Of a stretch of DNA of 64,000 nt, positions 19,261 to 28,586 are shown one piece after another. The translations under genes were made by a program, and so were the position numbers. The notes below the pieces were generated by a model that saw only the letters and a program-made list of their open reading frames with translations, was not told the DNA's origin and searched no databases. This stretch comes from an uncultured Candidatus Saccharibacteria bacterium (GTDB taxonomy: Bacteria > Patescibacteriota > Minisyncoccia > UBA6257 > 1-14-0-10-44-23). The stretch spans positions 91,922 to 155,921 of the forward strand of contig CAZJVT010000001.1 of assembly GCA_964549935.1 (NCBI GenBank), given 5' to 3'. Positions within the stretch are counted from its first letter, which is position 1. Each line of letters opens with the position of its first letter.

Positions 19261-19720
19261 TTCCCAGGCGGTCGTTTTAACCTTGCTTACTTCAGTCGTG
19301 CCCATCGCCGAACGCGGAGCGATTCCGCTCGGTATTACACTCGGGCTTTCGCCGCTTCTTTCCTATGTGCTAGTTACCGTTGGCAATGCGATTGTTATTG
19401 CTACCTTACTGCTTTTTCTCAAGCATTTTTCTGTATGGCTGATGCAGCATTCTGCGTATGCTAAGAAATTCCTAGAGAAGGTTTTTCACCATACTCGCGC
19501 CCATCAAGGTAAAAAATTCGAGCATTTTGGTTTTTGGACACTGGTTATTTTTGTGGCTATTCCTTCGCCGATTAATGGGGTTTGGACAGCCACGGTCTTG
19601 GGGTATCTTATCGGTATGCCGATACAAAAAGCCTTTTTTGCTATACTTACAGGAGGGGCTATCGCGAATGCCTTAGTTCTCGGCGGTACATTAGGCGTAA
19701 TCCATTTTATTCGAGGATAA
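19253..19720 (+). CDS. Small polytopic membrane protein (COG2426-like putative small multidrug export protein)
   Basis: 155 aa with four hydrophobic helices. The start codon lies inside the palindrome, so the exact start is uncertain. Confidence 0.4.
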   Translation: MIYSQAVVLTLLTSVVPIAERGAIPLGITLGLSPLLSYVLVTVGNAIVIATLLLFLKHFSVWLMQHSAYAKKFLEKVFHHTRAHQGKKFEHFGFWTLVIFVAIPSPINGVWTATVLGYLIGMPIQKAFFAILTGGAIANALVLGGTLGVIHFIRG

Positions 19721-20463
19721 TGAAAATTCTAGTCGCAAATTGGAAAGAGAATCCGGAGACTGTCGAACAGGCTATCACGCTTGCCAAAGCAAGCGATGCT
19801 AAAAGTGTCGTCATTTGTCCGCCGCATTTGTTCGTCGGGGCTGTCGGTAGAATTCTCAAGAACGCCTCTCTTGGCGGGCAGGACGGGTTTTATGAGCCGA
19901 CCGGACCATTTACTGGGGAGGTCTCAATGGCGCAGCTCAAAGCTTCCGGAGCGACATATGTGATAGTAGGGCATTCGCAGCGAAGGGCGCTGGGAGAGAC
20001 CGACGTGATTATTGCTAAAAAATTGGCGGCTGCCCTTGAGGTCAGACTTATCCCTGTGCTTTGTATCGGAGAGACGCGGGAGGAGCGTGACGCCGGCCGA
20101 ACGAAAGAGGTGATTGATCGCCAGTTACGGGCGGCGTTTTCGGTCATTCCGGCAGATATGCAGGCTCCGGGGGGCGAGGTATATATTACGTATGAACCGG
20201 TCTGGGCAATTAGTACTAATCAAGCGCCGGGATTAAAGCCTGTCAGCGATACGCCTGCCGAAGCACAAACAGTTATCCGCTATCTTGAAGGAATTGTCCG
20301 CGGGTTGCCGGTTACGGCAAGGTTTTTGTACGGCGGTTCGGTGACGGAGGACAATCTTGCCGCTTTTCTCGTTTGTCCGGAGTTCGCCGGAGCGCTTGTT
20401 GGGGGAGCAAGTCTGCGAGTCGGCGAGTTCAAGAAGATGATTGCGATCGCCGAGGGTTTGTAA
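19720..20463 (+). CDS. tpiA: Triosephosphate isomerase
   Basis: VANWKEN, the GHSQRR/ALGE region and YGGSV motifs. The ATG at 19720 overlaps the upstream stop. Confidence 0.9.
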   Translation: MKILVANWKENPETVEQAITLAKASDAKSVVICPPHLFVGAVGRILKNASLGGQDGFYEPTGPFTGEVSMAQLKASGATYVIVGHSQRRALGETDVIIAKKLAAALEVRLIPVLCIGETREERDAGRTKEVIDRQLRAAFSVIPADMQAPGGEVYITYEPVWAISTNQAPGLKPVSDTPAEAQTVIRYLEGIVRGLPVTARFLYGGSVTEDNLAAFLVCPEFAGALVGGASLRVGEFKKMIAIAEGL

Positions 20464-20518
20464 GTTTTTTAGTATAGCTTCGTCTGCTATACTATCACTA
20501 ATAATTAATATAAAATGT

Positions 20519-21292
20519 ATGACACACGATTATTCATCTAAGACAATTTTTTGGTATCTTATTAACGCCGCTATCGTTGTTGCCGTGGTGCTCGGTCTGA
20601 TGGGTATCGGTACGATGGTCCGCTACAGCAACGCAATCGCGCCGAGCCGCACTATTCAGGTAAACGGAGAAGGCAAGCTTGATATTACTCCGGACGTTGC
20701 CACGATTACCGCTTCGGTGGTAACGCGTGGGACCGATTCGGTAAAAGTGCAGGCCGAAAATACCCAGAAGATGAATTCTATCGTTGCCTTTGTGAAGAGC
20801 CAGGACATTCCGGCTGCTGACATTAAGACGACCGGCTACAATTTGTATCCGACCAACCGTTGGGACCCGAAGACGGGCGAGCAAATCCCGACCGGCTTTG
20901 AAGCCAGTCAAACAATCACCGTAAAGATTCGAGGCGTAGACCAGGCTAAAGAAAAAGCGGGTCGCGTGGCCAGCGGTTTAGTCCCGGCAGGTGCAAACCA
21001 GGTTGGTGGTATCCAGTACGATATTGAAAACCCTGAGGCGCAGCGCGCCCTTGCCCGCCAAATGGCGTTTGATAATGCCTTTTCGAAGGCTCGCAGTATG
21101 GCTGCGCAAAACCACGTTCGCATTGCTCGCGTGATTACTTTCTCGGAATCAACAAGCAACCCGGGCGGTCCAATTTACTATGCAAAGGCAATGAGCGCGA
21201 CGATGGATGCAGCCGCGCCGACTCCGTCGAGCATTGAGCCGGGGACGCAAGAGATTCAGGTCAATGTCGCAGTGACCTACGAAATTCGTTAA
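20519..21292 (+). CDS. SIMPL/DUF541 domain protein (26 kDa periplasmic immunogenic protein family), N-terminal TM anchor
   Basis: Matches the DUF541 domain layout. Confidence 0.65.
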   Translation: MTHDYSSKTIFWYLINAAIVVAVVLGLMGIGTMVRYSNAIAPSRTIQVNGEGKLDITPDVATITASVVTRGTDSVKVQAENTQKMNSIVAFVKSQDIPAADIKTTGYNLYPTNRWDPKTGEQIPTGFEASQTITVKIRGVDQAKEKAGRVASGLVPAGANQVGGIQYDIENPEAQRALARQMAFDNAFSKARSMAAQNHVRIARVITFSESTSNPGGPIYYAKAMSATMDAAAPTPSSIEPGTQEIQVNVAVTYEIR

Positions 21293-21300
21293 GAGATCTC

Positions 21301-21338
21301 CTAAAACAAGGCGCCGTGAGGGCGCCTTGTTTTGTTGT
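21301..21338 (+). terminator. Rho-independent terminator (aaaacaaggcgccgtgagggcgccttgttttgttg)
   Basis: Perfect hairpin AAGGCGCC/GGCGCCTT with a T-run. Confidence 0.65.
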
Positions 21339-21370
21339 CAGGCCTGCTCAAAGCCGAGTATACTAAGGGG

Positions 21371-21652
21371 ATGAAGTTCTTCATTGCTGCTTTTTTCGCC
21401 GTTATCGCTGTTTTTATTTGCGTACAAGGGTACCATTTATTTGTGCAGCATGATGAATACCGGCAGCGGACGGCAGAATTGCAGAAGCAGGCAGCGGATG
21501 TAGCCAAAGAAAATGAGGCGCTTGCTAAAGATATTCAGTTTTATCAAAACCCTGTTAACGCGACAAAAGAGCTGCAGTCAAAGATAAACTACCGTAAGCC
21601 GGACGAGCAGATGATCATCCTGGTGCCGCCGACTGATAACGCGACTCATTAA
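21371..21652 (+). CDS. Septum formation initiator (FtsB/DivIC-like) small coiled-coil membrane protein
   Basis: An N-terminal TM segment (MKFFIAAFFAVIAVFI) is followed by a coiled-coil. Confidence 0.45.
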   Translation: MKFFIAAFFAVIAVFICVQGYHLFVQHDEYRQRTAELQKQAADVAKENEALAKDIQFYQNPVNATKELQSKINYRKPDEQMIILVPPTDNATH

Positions 21653-21836
21653 GGAATTTGCTTTAGCAGCCGCAGAGACTGTATTATAAGCACATTCTAT
21701 CGCGGGATTAGTATCATGGGTTTTGGCCAGCAGGACAAAACGGGAAACTTCAGCTAAAATACTCGATAGAAAGTTGCCCTGGGACGTACGTGAACCCGCC
21801 AAAGGCGGGCAAGCTTCCCAAGCCGGGCAGTAGAGA

Positions 21837-21908
21837 TGCGGGCGTAGTATAATGGCAGTACGCGACCTTCCCAAGGTTGAGGCGTGAGTTCGATTCTCAT
21901 CGTCCGCT
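21837..21908 (+). tRNA. tRNA-Gly (anticodon CCC)
   Basis: Acceptor GCGGGCG/CGTCCGC with one G-U pair, D-arm GTAT/GTAC, anticodon loop TTCCCAA and T-arm GTGAG-TTCGATT-CTCAT. No CCA is encoded. Confidence 0.8.
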
Positions 21909-21910
21909 CA

Positions 21911-21973
21911 AAATAATCCGCATCACACTGCCCGGTTCAGTTAAGGCACGGGTTCGATTCCCGTATCCCGCTC
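21911..21973 (+). other. tRNA 3'-half-like remnant (T-arm ACGGG-TTCGATT-CCCGT plus acceptor 3' strand ATCCCGCTCA) with no 5' half
   Basis: GGTTCGATTCCCGTATCCCGCTCA mirrors the 3' end of the adjacent tRNA-Gly (TTCGATTCTCATCGTCCGCTCA). No complementary 5' acceptor strand was found. Confidence 0.4.
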
Positions 21974-21997
21974 ATGTTACTATAAGGAAACTTCAAG

Positions 21998-23833
21998 ATG
22001 CGAATTCTTATCAACCTTCGACATCCGGTCCTTGTCTTCCTACTTGTCCTACTTGTTGGTGCCCTGGTGGGCATTGGCGTTTTTCAGTTCCATTACGCGC
22101 ATCGTTTTTTGCCGGGGACAGTTTTGGGCGGCGAGAACATAGGCGGGCTGACATATGAGGAGGTCGTCGCTCGTGCCAGCCAAGTCGCCGACTCGCTTGC
22201 AAAAGACGGGATGCAGGTACTTTTTAAGAGCGGAGGTGGCGATAAGGTAATTATCATACCGTCACAATCGACCGGACTTACCCCGGATGTCGTCGTCGAA
22301 TATTTTAGTATCGGCAACTATCGCAAGGCGATAGACGCAGCTTTTGCTTTTGGACACACAGGCTCCATCTTTGTCCGTCTCAAAGAGCAGGCTAGGGGCT
22401 TAACAAAGCACTATGTCGGAGAATACGGAGTTTCATTTTTTGATGATTCGATCCATGCACTGCTTGTGAAGGAATCTCACGAACTATTACGCCAGCCTTC
22501 AGATGCTCATTTTGTAGTTAGCGGGTTAATCATGAATATTGCGACAGAGCAGGCGGGCGAAGCCATCGACGTTGAAGCTGCAACTACGGCTGTACAAAAA
22601 GCACTTCGGCAGCTGCAGACAAACAGATTGCAGGCAGCAGTAACCTCGGTCCCGGCTAAGGTGACAAAGGAGAAGTTGGAGACGATTCGTGATTTTGCGA
22701 CTGCGCTTGCAAACGGCGGCCTCTTTAAGCTTTTGTATCGAGGCAAGATTGTTTATTTAGGAGGCCAACGGCTTGGCTCATGGTTGACAGTTGACCCGGG
22801 CCAGCCCGGAGTCGTCATCAAGGTTTTGCAGGAGCCGCTTAAGAAGTTCGTCGAACAATATATTGACGGAGATTTGCCTGACGCGCCGATCAACAGTCGC
22901 TTTGCAATGCAAAATGGTAAGCTCGTCGAGATCGCTCCCGGTGTGGCGGGAACCATTGTTGATGTCGCCTCGCTCGCTTCACAACTTGAAGCCATTTTGA
23001 ACTCACGGTACGTTGCAACCGTGTTTAATGCCGCGAACAGATATGTCACGCTCGCAGCGACAACAGAGATCCCTATCTCATTCAGACAGGAGTACCCGCT
23101 TATTACCTCGTCAACGATTGCACAGTATAAAATTACGGATTTAATCGGAAGCGCCAAGACCAGTTTTAAAGGCAGCAGTAACGATCGAATTCAAAACATT
23201 AAGCTGGGATTGGAGCGTTCAAGCGGCGTACTTATTCCGCCGGGCGGCGAGTTCTCGCTCGTGACTTCAATCGGGGAGGTTTCGGAGGAAACCGGCTTTA
23301 CTAAAGAGTATGTCATCAAGGGTGACCGCAGTATCAAGGAGGCCGGCGGGGGCCTTTGCCAGCTCGCCACGACAGTTTTCCGCGGCGTGCTTGACGCTGG
23401 CTTGCCCATCACCGAACGTCAGAATCACAGCTATGTTGTCGGATATTATGGGCCGGGATTAGACGCAACAATTTATGGCCCGCATCCCGATTTAAAATTC
23501 GTGAATGACACCGGTAACTACGTGCTCTTCCAGATGCGCACTGAAGGAACGAATTTGATTGCCGAGCTTTATGGAACCTCGGATAAGCGACAGGCGACTA
23601 CTACAGAGCCGGTCCTTTCGGATTATATTGATCCGCCACCGACTCGTTACATTCCGGACCTTGAAGCAAAATGGGGGAGCGTTGAGTGTCACGATCAGCC
23701 GCGTAAAGGCCTGACTGCCGTTGCGACAACGACGGTTGCGTATGCTGACGGGCACGTTCGGACGAAGGTATTTAACAGTGTCTATACGCCTTGGCCAAAG
23801 GTTTGCTTGGTAGGCATTAAATTGGGGAAGTAG
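21998..23833 (+). CDS. VanW-family protein with an N-terminal TM anchor and peptidoglycan-binding-like domains
   Basis: The C-terminal VanW domain includes the GGGLCQLATTVFRGVLDAGL motif. Confidence 0.75.
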   Translation: MRILINLRHPVLVFLLVLLVGALVGIGVFQFHYAHRFLPGTVLGGENIGGLTYEEVVARASQVADSLAKDGMQVLFKSGGGDKVIIIPSQSTGLTPDVVVEYFSIGNYRKAIDAAFAFGHTGSIFVRLKEQARGLTKHYVGEYGVSFFDDSIHALLVKESHELLRQPSDAHFVVSGLIMNIATEQAGEAIDVEAATTAVQKALRQLQTNRLQAAVTSVPAKVTKEKLETIRDFATALANGGLFKLLYRGKIVYLGGQRLGSWLTVDPGQPGVVIKVLQEPLKKFVEQYIDGDLPDAPINSRFAMQNGKLVEIAPGVAGTIVDVASLASQLEAILNSRYVATVFNAANRYVTLAATTEIPISFRQEYPLITSSTIAQYKITDLIGSAKTSFKGSSNDRIQNIKLGLERSSGVLIPPGGEFSLVTSIGEVSEETGFTKEYVIKGDRSIKEAGGGLCQLATTVFRGVLDAGLPITERQNHSYVVGYYGPGLDATIYGPHPDLKFVNDTGNYVLFQMRTEGTNLIAELYGTSDKRQATTTEPVLSDYIDPPPTRYIPDLEAKWGSVECHDQPRKGLTAVATTTVAYADGHVRTKVFNSVYTPWPKVCLVGIKLGK

Positions 23834-23900
23834 AAAAGAAGCATAAGTGCGTCCATCTTTTTTATTGGAGATGGTCGTATTTCGTGTTATTATAAAAAGT

Positions 23901-24350
23901 ATGGCGAACAATAAAAAACTGCGGACGCCTTGTATGTTTTGCGGTAAAGAGCCCGATCGGGCTAGTTACAAATATTGTAGCAATGCATGCCAGCATGAAT
24001 ACGAATATTCGACTTATATTCGCCGGTGGAAACAAGGCAAAGAGAGCGGACTTCAGGGTCTCGGCATCGTTTCAGGATACGTAAAGCGTTATTTAAGAAG
24101 AAAATTCAACGACAAATGTTGTTTGTGCGGTTGGGATGCAATCCACCCCAAGCTCGGCTACTCGCCATTAGTCGCTGATCATGTCGATGGAGATTGGCGC
24201 AATAACGTCGAAAGCAACCTTCGTCTTATCTGTCCGAATTGCGATTCACTTACTTCTACATACGCCGGGCTTAACCGTGGGAAGGGTAGGGGCAATAGGG
24301 CCTTGAGTAAAAGAGCGAAAGAAGGTAGATTATTGGTTACGGGTAAATAG
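23901..24350 (+). CDS. HNH endonuclease with an N-terminal Cys4 zinc finger
   Basis: CMFCGK...CSNACQHE zinc ribbon, then CCLCGW...ADHVDGDWRNN...NLRLICPNCDS HNH core. Alternative upstream starts are a GTG at 23847 and an ATG at 23871. It ends at the first nucleotide of tRNA-Thr. Confidence 0.6.
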   Translation: MANNKKLRTPCMFCGKEPDRASYKYCSNACQHEYEYSTYIRRWKQGKESGLQGLGIVSGYVKRYLRRKFNDKCCLCGWDAIHPKLGYSPLVADHVDGDWRNNVESNLRLICPNCDSLTSTYAGLNRGKGRGNRALSKRAKEGRLLVTGK

Positions 24351-24423
24351 CCGATATAGTTCAGTGGTAGAACGCTACTTTCGTAAAGTAGAGACGTGAG
24401 TTCGATTCTCACCTTCGGCTCCA
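24350..24423 (+). tRNA. tRNA-Thr (anticodon CGT), CCA encoded
   Basis: D-arm GTTC/GAAC, anticodon stem CTACT/AGTAG with loop TTCGTAA, T-arm GTGAG-TTCGATT-CTCAC. The acceptor stem is imperfect (5 bp plus 2 mismatches at its base). Confidence 0.7.
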
Positions 24424-25154
24424 TGGATATCAACCCAGTACTTCCCAAATTAACCGGCCCTTACGATAAAGGGAATGTGCATGTTATTGCCTATGCCGGC
24501 ACGGGTGGTGATGACGCCAAAGACTGGGCACAGATGCTGCTGACGATGTATGCGCGGTTTAGCGGCGGGCAGGGATGGGGCGTGAGCCAGATCGATGACA
24601 ATGCCATCGAGATTAAAGGAGAGTACGCTTACGGACTTTTGAAAAAAGAGGCCGGAGTTCACAGGCTTGTGCGCATCTCGCCGTTTGATGCAAAGAAGTT
24701 GCGCCACACCTCGTTTGCGCTTATCGAAGTTGTGCCAATCTTGCCGGAGCTCGCGCGCAAATTAAATATTCCGCCGGAGGACTTACGGGTTGAGACGGCA
24801 CGCGCCGGTGGGCCGGGCGGACAGAATGTGAACAAGCGAGAGACTGCGGTTCGAATAGTGCATCTGCCGACCGGAATTGCCGTAACCTGTCGTGAGGAGC
24901 GCGGACAACTACAGAACAAGGAGAAGGCAATGGTCATGCTTAAGAGTAAGCTGCTGCATTTGCAAGACACCTACCAAAAGGCGACGCTCGCTGATTTGCG
25001 TACCCATGCCAAGCCGGACTTTGGCAGTCAGATCCGTTCGTATGTTTTGCATCCGTACAAAATGGTCAAAGATCACCGGACGGGGATTGAAACAGCACGG
25101 GCTGAAGAAGTTCTGAAGGGGAGTCTTGATAAGTTTATCGAGGCCGAGCTGTAG
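24423..25154 (+). CDS. prfB: Peptide chain release factor 2-like protein lacking the N-terminal domain 1 (SPF and GGQ motifs present)
   Basis: Contains RISPFDAKK (SPF tripeptide anticodon motif, RF2-type) and [10 protein letters not shown] (GGQ). It is only about 243 aa. The ATG overlaps the last base of the tRNA-Thr CCA, and no upstream frameshift site is possible. Confidence 0.75.
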   Translation: MDINPVLPKLTGPYDKGNVHVIAYAGTGGDDAKDWAQMLLTMYARFSGGQGWGVSQIDDNAIEIKGEYAYGLLKKEAGVHRLVRISPFDAKKLRHTSFALIEVVPILPELARKLNIPPEDLRVETARAGGPGGQNVNKRETAVRIVHLPTGIAVTCREERGQLQNKEKAMVMLKSKLLHLQDTYQKATLADLRTHAKPDFGSQIRSYVLHPYKMVKDHRTGIETARAEEVLKGSLDKFIEAEL

Positions 25155-26509
25155 TGCGTCGTGGTACACTGGGACTAATGCCCCGGTTTTTCAAAAATCG
25201 AGTTTTTTTATTGATTGTCGTTTGTAGCTTAGCGCTCGAGCTTGTTTTTGGTTTTTTTGTGTATCACTTCGCTGTTCAGTCCGAGCAGGAGTCTCTGGTG
25301 ATCCGCGCGCAAAGCGTTGCGGCGGTTTTTGATAGTCGAGAAATAGAGCAGCTGAGAGGTGACGAGAGCGATTTGCAAAATCCCGCGTACGCGTCAATCA
25401 AACAGAAACTGATTCGCATCGGCCACGTTGATACGGATGTCACTTCTGTGTATGTGACAGGATATCGGAATGGCGAAATATTTTTCTACGCCGATTCTGT
25501 TGATAATCACGAAGTCGGTGAAGCGACGCCGGGGCTTAGTTATCCTGAAGCGACGCCACTTTTTAAGAGCGTTTTTACAGAGGGTCGCTCAATCTTAGAG
25601 GGCCCACTCGCTGACAGGTGGGGGACCTGGGTTTCCGGCATCGCACCGATTGTTGACGGTCAAACGAATCGCGTTGTTGCTTCCATTGGTCTAGATATTG
25701 ACGCAAGCGTTTATCGATTGGGTGTCGCCACTAAGACACTCATTCCGATCCTTCTCCTTGGCGTCATTCTTTTGCTGGTCCTCATCTTTTACGGGCAGTA
25801 TGAGAAAAAGAAAGAAACGCTAGCGCTCAAGGCAAAATTTATTTCCATTGCTTCACACGAGTTACGCTCTCCGGTCGCAGGCATTGTTTGGGCGTGTCAA
25901 AGTTTATTGAAGCGCGGAGCCACTCAGCTTGATCCGTCGGTCGCAAAAACAGTCAGCTTAATCGAGCAGACAGGCCACCGGGTTATCAGCTCCGTGGGCG
26001 ACATTATGAATCTTTCGGCGCTCGAGAATGTAGACCCCGGTAAAATTGCATACGAACAGGTTAATATGACAGTTTTACTAGCCGATATTATCGAAAGCTT
26101 GGCGCTTGTTACAGCTGAACATCGCATAAAAATTCGCTTTGATGCCAGGTGGCCGGGTAAGCTGGAGCTGGAGTGTGATAGAGAGAAATGTAAGCGTATT
26201 TTCTCAAACGTTATCACGAATGCTCTCAAGTATTCACGGCCGGATTCGCAAATAGTACTTGGACACGAATCAAAAGGAGGTATGAGGATTATTTCCGTCA
26301 AAGATAACGGCATTGGCATCCCGCTCGCCGAGCAGGCTAACATTTTCAGGGGGGATTTCCGCGCCAGCAACGCGCTTGCCGCGCATGTCGCCGGCAGCGG
26401 TTTCGGGCTTCATTTCGTCAAAGAGCTCGTGGAAGCCCAAGGTGGGAAGATTTGGTTTGAGTCGGAGATTAATGTTGGTACGACCTTCTTCGTCGCTTTG
26501 CGGGGATAG
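25154..26509 (+). CDS. Sensor histidine kinase with a periplasmic sensing domain between two TM segments
   Basis: H-box ASHELRSPVAGI, N-box NALKYS and G-box GSGFGLHFVKELVEAQGG. Confidence 0.85.
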   Translation: MRRGTLGLMPRFFKNRVFLLIVVCSLALELVFGFFVYHFAVQSEQESLVIRAQSVAAVFDSREIEQLRGDESDLQNPAYASIKQKLIRIGHVDTDVTSVYVTGYRNGEIFFYADSVDNHEVGEATPGLSYPEATPLFKSVFTEGRSILEGPLADRWGTWVSGIAPIVDGQTNRVVASIGLDIDASVYRLGVATKTLIPILLLGVILLLVLIFYGQYEKKKETLALKAKFISIASHELRSPVAGIVWACQSLLKRGATQLDPSVAKTVSLIEQTGHRVISSVGDIMNLSALENVDPGKIAYEQVNMTVLLADIIESLALVTAEHRIKIRFDARWPGKLELECDREKCKRIFSNVITNALKYSRPDSQIVLGHESKGGMRIISVKDNGIGIPLAEQANIFRGDFRASNALAAHVAGSGFGLHFVKELVEAQGGKIWFESEINVGTTFFVALRG

Positions 26510-26541
26510 CCTCATTTTTGTCGGGAGAGTATACTTACTCC

Positions 26542-26928
26542 ATGGATACTCAAAAACGAATTCTTGTCGTCGAAGATGATGAGCTGATGCGGGATTCAGT
26601 AATAGGCGCGCTTAAGACGGCTGGCTTTGTGATCCTGGAAGCGGATAACGGCAAAGATGGACTTGCGACAGCACTTGCGCAGCATCCGGATGTTATCGTG
26701 CTCGATATCGCAATGCCGCAACTGGATGGAATCAGCGTGATGCGCAGCCTGCGGCAGGATGAGTGGGGTAAGACGGCGAATATTATTTTATTGACCAGTT
26801 TGGGCGTTTCGGATCTCATCATGCATGAGGTTGCCACTAACGAGCCTGCTTTCACGCTTACAAAAGACCAAATAACGGTTGATGAGGTCGTGGCTAAGGT
26901 CAAGCAGACGCTGGGAATGAACCAGTAG
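26542..26928 (+). CDS. Single-domain response regulator (receiver domain only, CheY-like)
   Basis: ILVVEDD...VLDIAMPQLDG...T/K conserved receiver residues. It has no output domain. Confidence 0.8.
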   Translation: MDTQKRILVVEDDELMRDSVIGALKTAGFVILEADNGKDGLATALAQHPDVIVLDIAMPQLDGISVMRSLRQDEWGKTANIILLTSLGVSDLIMHEVATNEPAFTLTKDQITVDEVVAKVKQTLGMNQ

Positions 26929-26976
26929 TGCTATACTTACTACATCGGGCGTTTTTGCGTTTAACGGCAGGCAACT

Positions 26977-27660
26977 ATGATTCAATTCATCAACGTATCT
27001 AAAATTTACGAAAATAGGGCCGTCGGCCTAGAAGACGTAAGCTTTACCATAAAGCCGGGTGAGTTTGTCTCGCTCGTGGGGCGTTCGGGCGCCGGCAAGA
27101 GTACGCTCATCAAGCTTTTGATTGGGGAGGAGATGCCCAGCAAGGGGCGTATTTTATTTGGCGCCTATGAGGTCAATAAGCTGCGGAGCAACGATATGAG
27201 TCAGCTTCGTCGCCAGATAGGTATCGTATTCCAAGATTTCCGCTTATTGTCGAACAAAACAGCTTTTGAAAATGTCGCCTTTGCGCTTGAAGCCGGCGGC
27301 AGACCGCAGTCGGAGATTGAGGAGTTTGTACCACAGGTCCTTGAGATGGTCGGGCTTGCCAGTAAGAAGAATCATTTCCCGCATCAACTTTCGGGCGGTG
27401 AGAAGCAGCGCGTAGCCATCGCTCGCGCTATGATTCACCACCCGGCGGTTATCATCGCAGATGAGCCGACAGGGAACTTAGACGACATTAACAGCGAGGA
27501 GATCATTAAGCTTCTGCTTCGTATCAACGAGTTGGGTACCACCGTTTTGCTCGCGACGCACAATAAGGAGATTGTGAATAAGCTCAAGCGCCGAGTCATT
27601 TCGATGGTGGACGGCCATATTGTTCGCGACGAGCCAAACGGTAAGTATATAATCATGTAA
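26977..27660 (+). CDS. ftsE: Cell division ATP-binding protein FtsE
   Basis: Walker A GRSGAGKST, ABC signature LSGGEKQR and Walker B IIADEPTGNLD. Confidence 0.9.
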   Translation: MIQFINVSKIYENRAVGLEDVSFTIKPGEFVSLVGRSGAGKSTLIKLLIGEEMPSKGRILFGAYEVNKLRSNDMSQLRRQIGIVFQDFRLLSNKTAFENVAFALEAGGRPQSEIEEFVPQVLEMVGLASKKNHFPHQLSGGEKQRVAIARAMIHHPAVIIADEPTGNLDDINSEEIIKLLLRINELGTTVLLATHNKEIVNKLKRRVISMVDGHIVRDEPNGKYIIM

Positions 27661-27676
27661 ACTGTAGTATACGAGC

Positions 27677-28585
27677 ATGGCAACTACTTTTTTGCGAATT
27701 CTAAAATACGGATTACAAAGCTTTTGGCGTAATGGCTGGCTTTCCGCCGCCACAGTGCTGGTTATGGTGCTTGCCTTAATGACGCTGCAGGGGCTGATGC
27801 TTTTTGACACGACTATGACAACGGCGGTTTCTTCAATCCAAGACAAAATAGATATCGCCGTTTATTTTAAAATTGGGGCAGCGGAAGACGAGATGCTGGC
27901 TCTTAAGAAGTCTGTGGAGCGGTTGCCACAGGTAAAGCAGGTGACATATGTTTCTAGCGATGAAGCTCTCGACCAGTTTAAGGCAAAGCACGTAGGCGAT
28001 GACGTTATAAATCAGGCGCTCGTAGAGGTCTCCGGCAACCCATTGCCGGCATCAATCAACATCAAGGCTAATGATCCGAATGATTACGGAGCGATTTCCG
28101 CATACCTCGAGAAGAGCGCGCCGGCGGGACTCGTGAAAGATGTCACGTATACGCAAAACAAGGACGCTATAGACAAGCTTAATAAGTTCATCGATACGCT
28201 TAACCGGATGGGTTTCGCCACGACCATCTTCCTCGCTTTTGCGGCGAGCTTAGTTGCGTTTAGCACGATTCGTCTGGCGATTTACTCGAATCGCGATGAG
28301 ATAGGCATTATGAGGCTCGTCGGAGCTTCAAACACGTTTATCAAAGGCCCATACCTGGTTACCGGCTTTATGTACGGATTTTTTGGTGTCATAACCGCGC
28401 TTATTTTTACTGCACCGCTGATTAATATCATTGATCCGTATGTCAGCCATCTAATCCCGGATGTTCATCTGCAAGCGTACTTCTACGCCAATATCTTTGC
28501 ACTTTTCATTTATATGCTGCTCTTCGGTGCTGCGCTTGGCGTGATAAGCAGCTGGATAGCCACTCGTCGTTACTTGAAGGTTTAA
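27677..28585 (+). CDS. ftsX: Cell division permease-like protein FtsX
   Basis: Four-TM FtsX topology with a large first extracellular loop, immediately downstream of ftsE. Confidence 0.85.
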   Translation: MATTFLRILKYGLQSFWRNGWLSAATVLVMVLALMTLQGLMLFDTTMTTAVSSIQDKIDIAVYFKIGAAEDEMLALKKSVERLPQVKQVTYVSSDEALDQFKAKHVGDDVINQALVEVSGNPLPASINIKANDPNDYGAISAYLEKSAPAGLVKDVTYTQNKDAIDKLNKFIDTLNRMGFATTIFLAFAASLVAFSTIRLAIYSNRDEIGIMRLVGASNTFIKGPYLVTGFMYGFFGVITALIFTAPLINIIDPYVSHLIPDVHLQAYFYANIFALFIYMLLFGAALGVISSWIATRRYLKV

Positions 28586-28586
28586 A

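Noticed and set aside
24396-24422. ORF-track start of the RF2-like gene at a GTG inside tRNA-Thr
   Set aside because: That start overlaps the tRNA T-arm. The ATG at 24423 directly after the CCA is far more plausible.
24424-25154. Programmed +1 frameshift typical of prfB
   Set aside because: No upstream ORF or CUU UGA C slippery site exists, because tRNA-Thr abuts the start.
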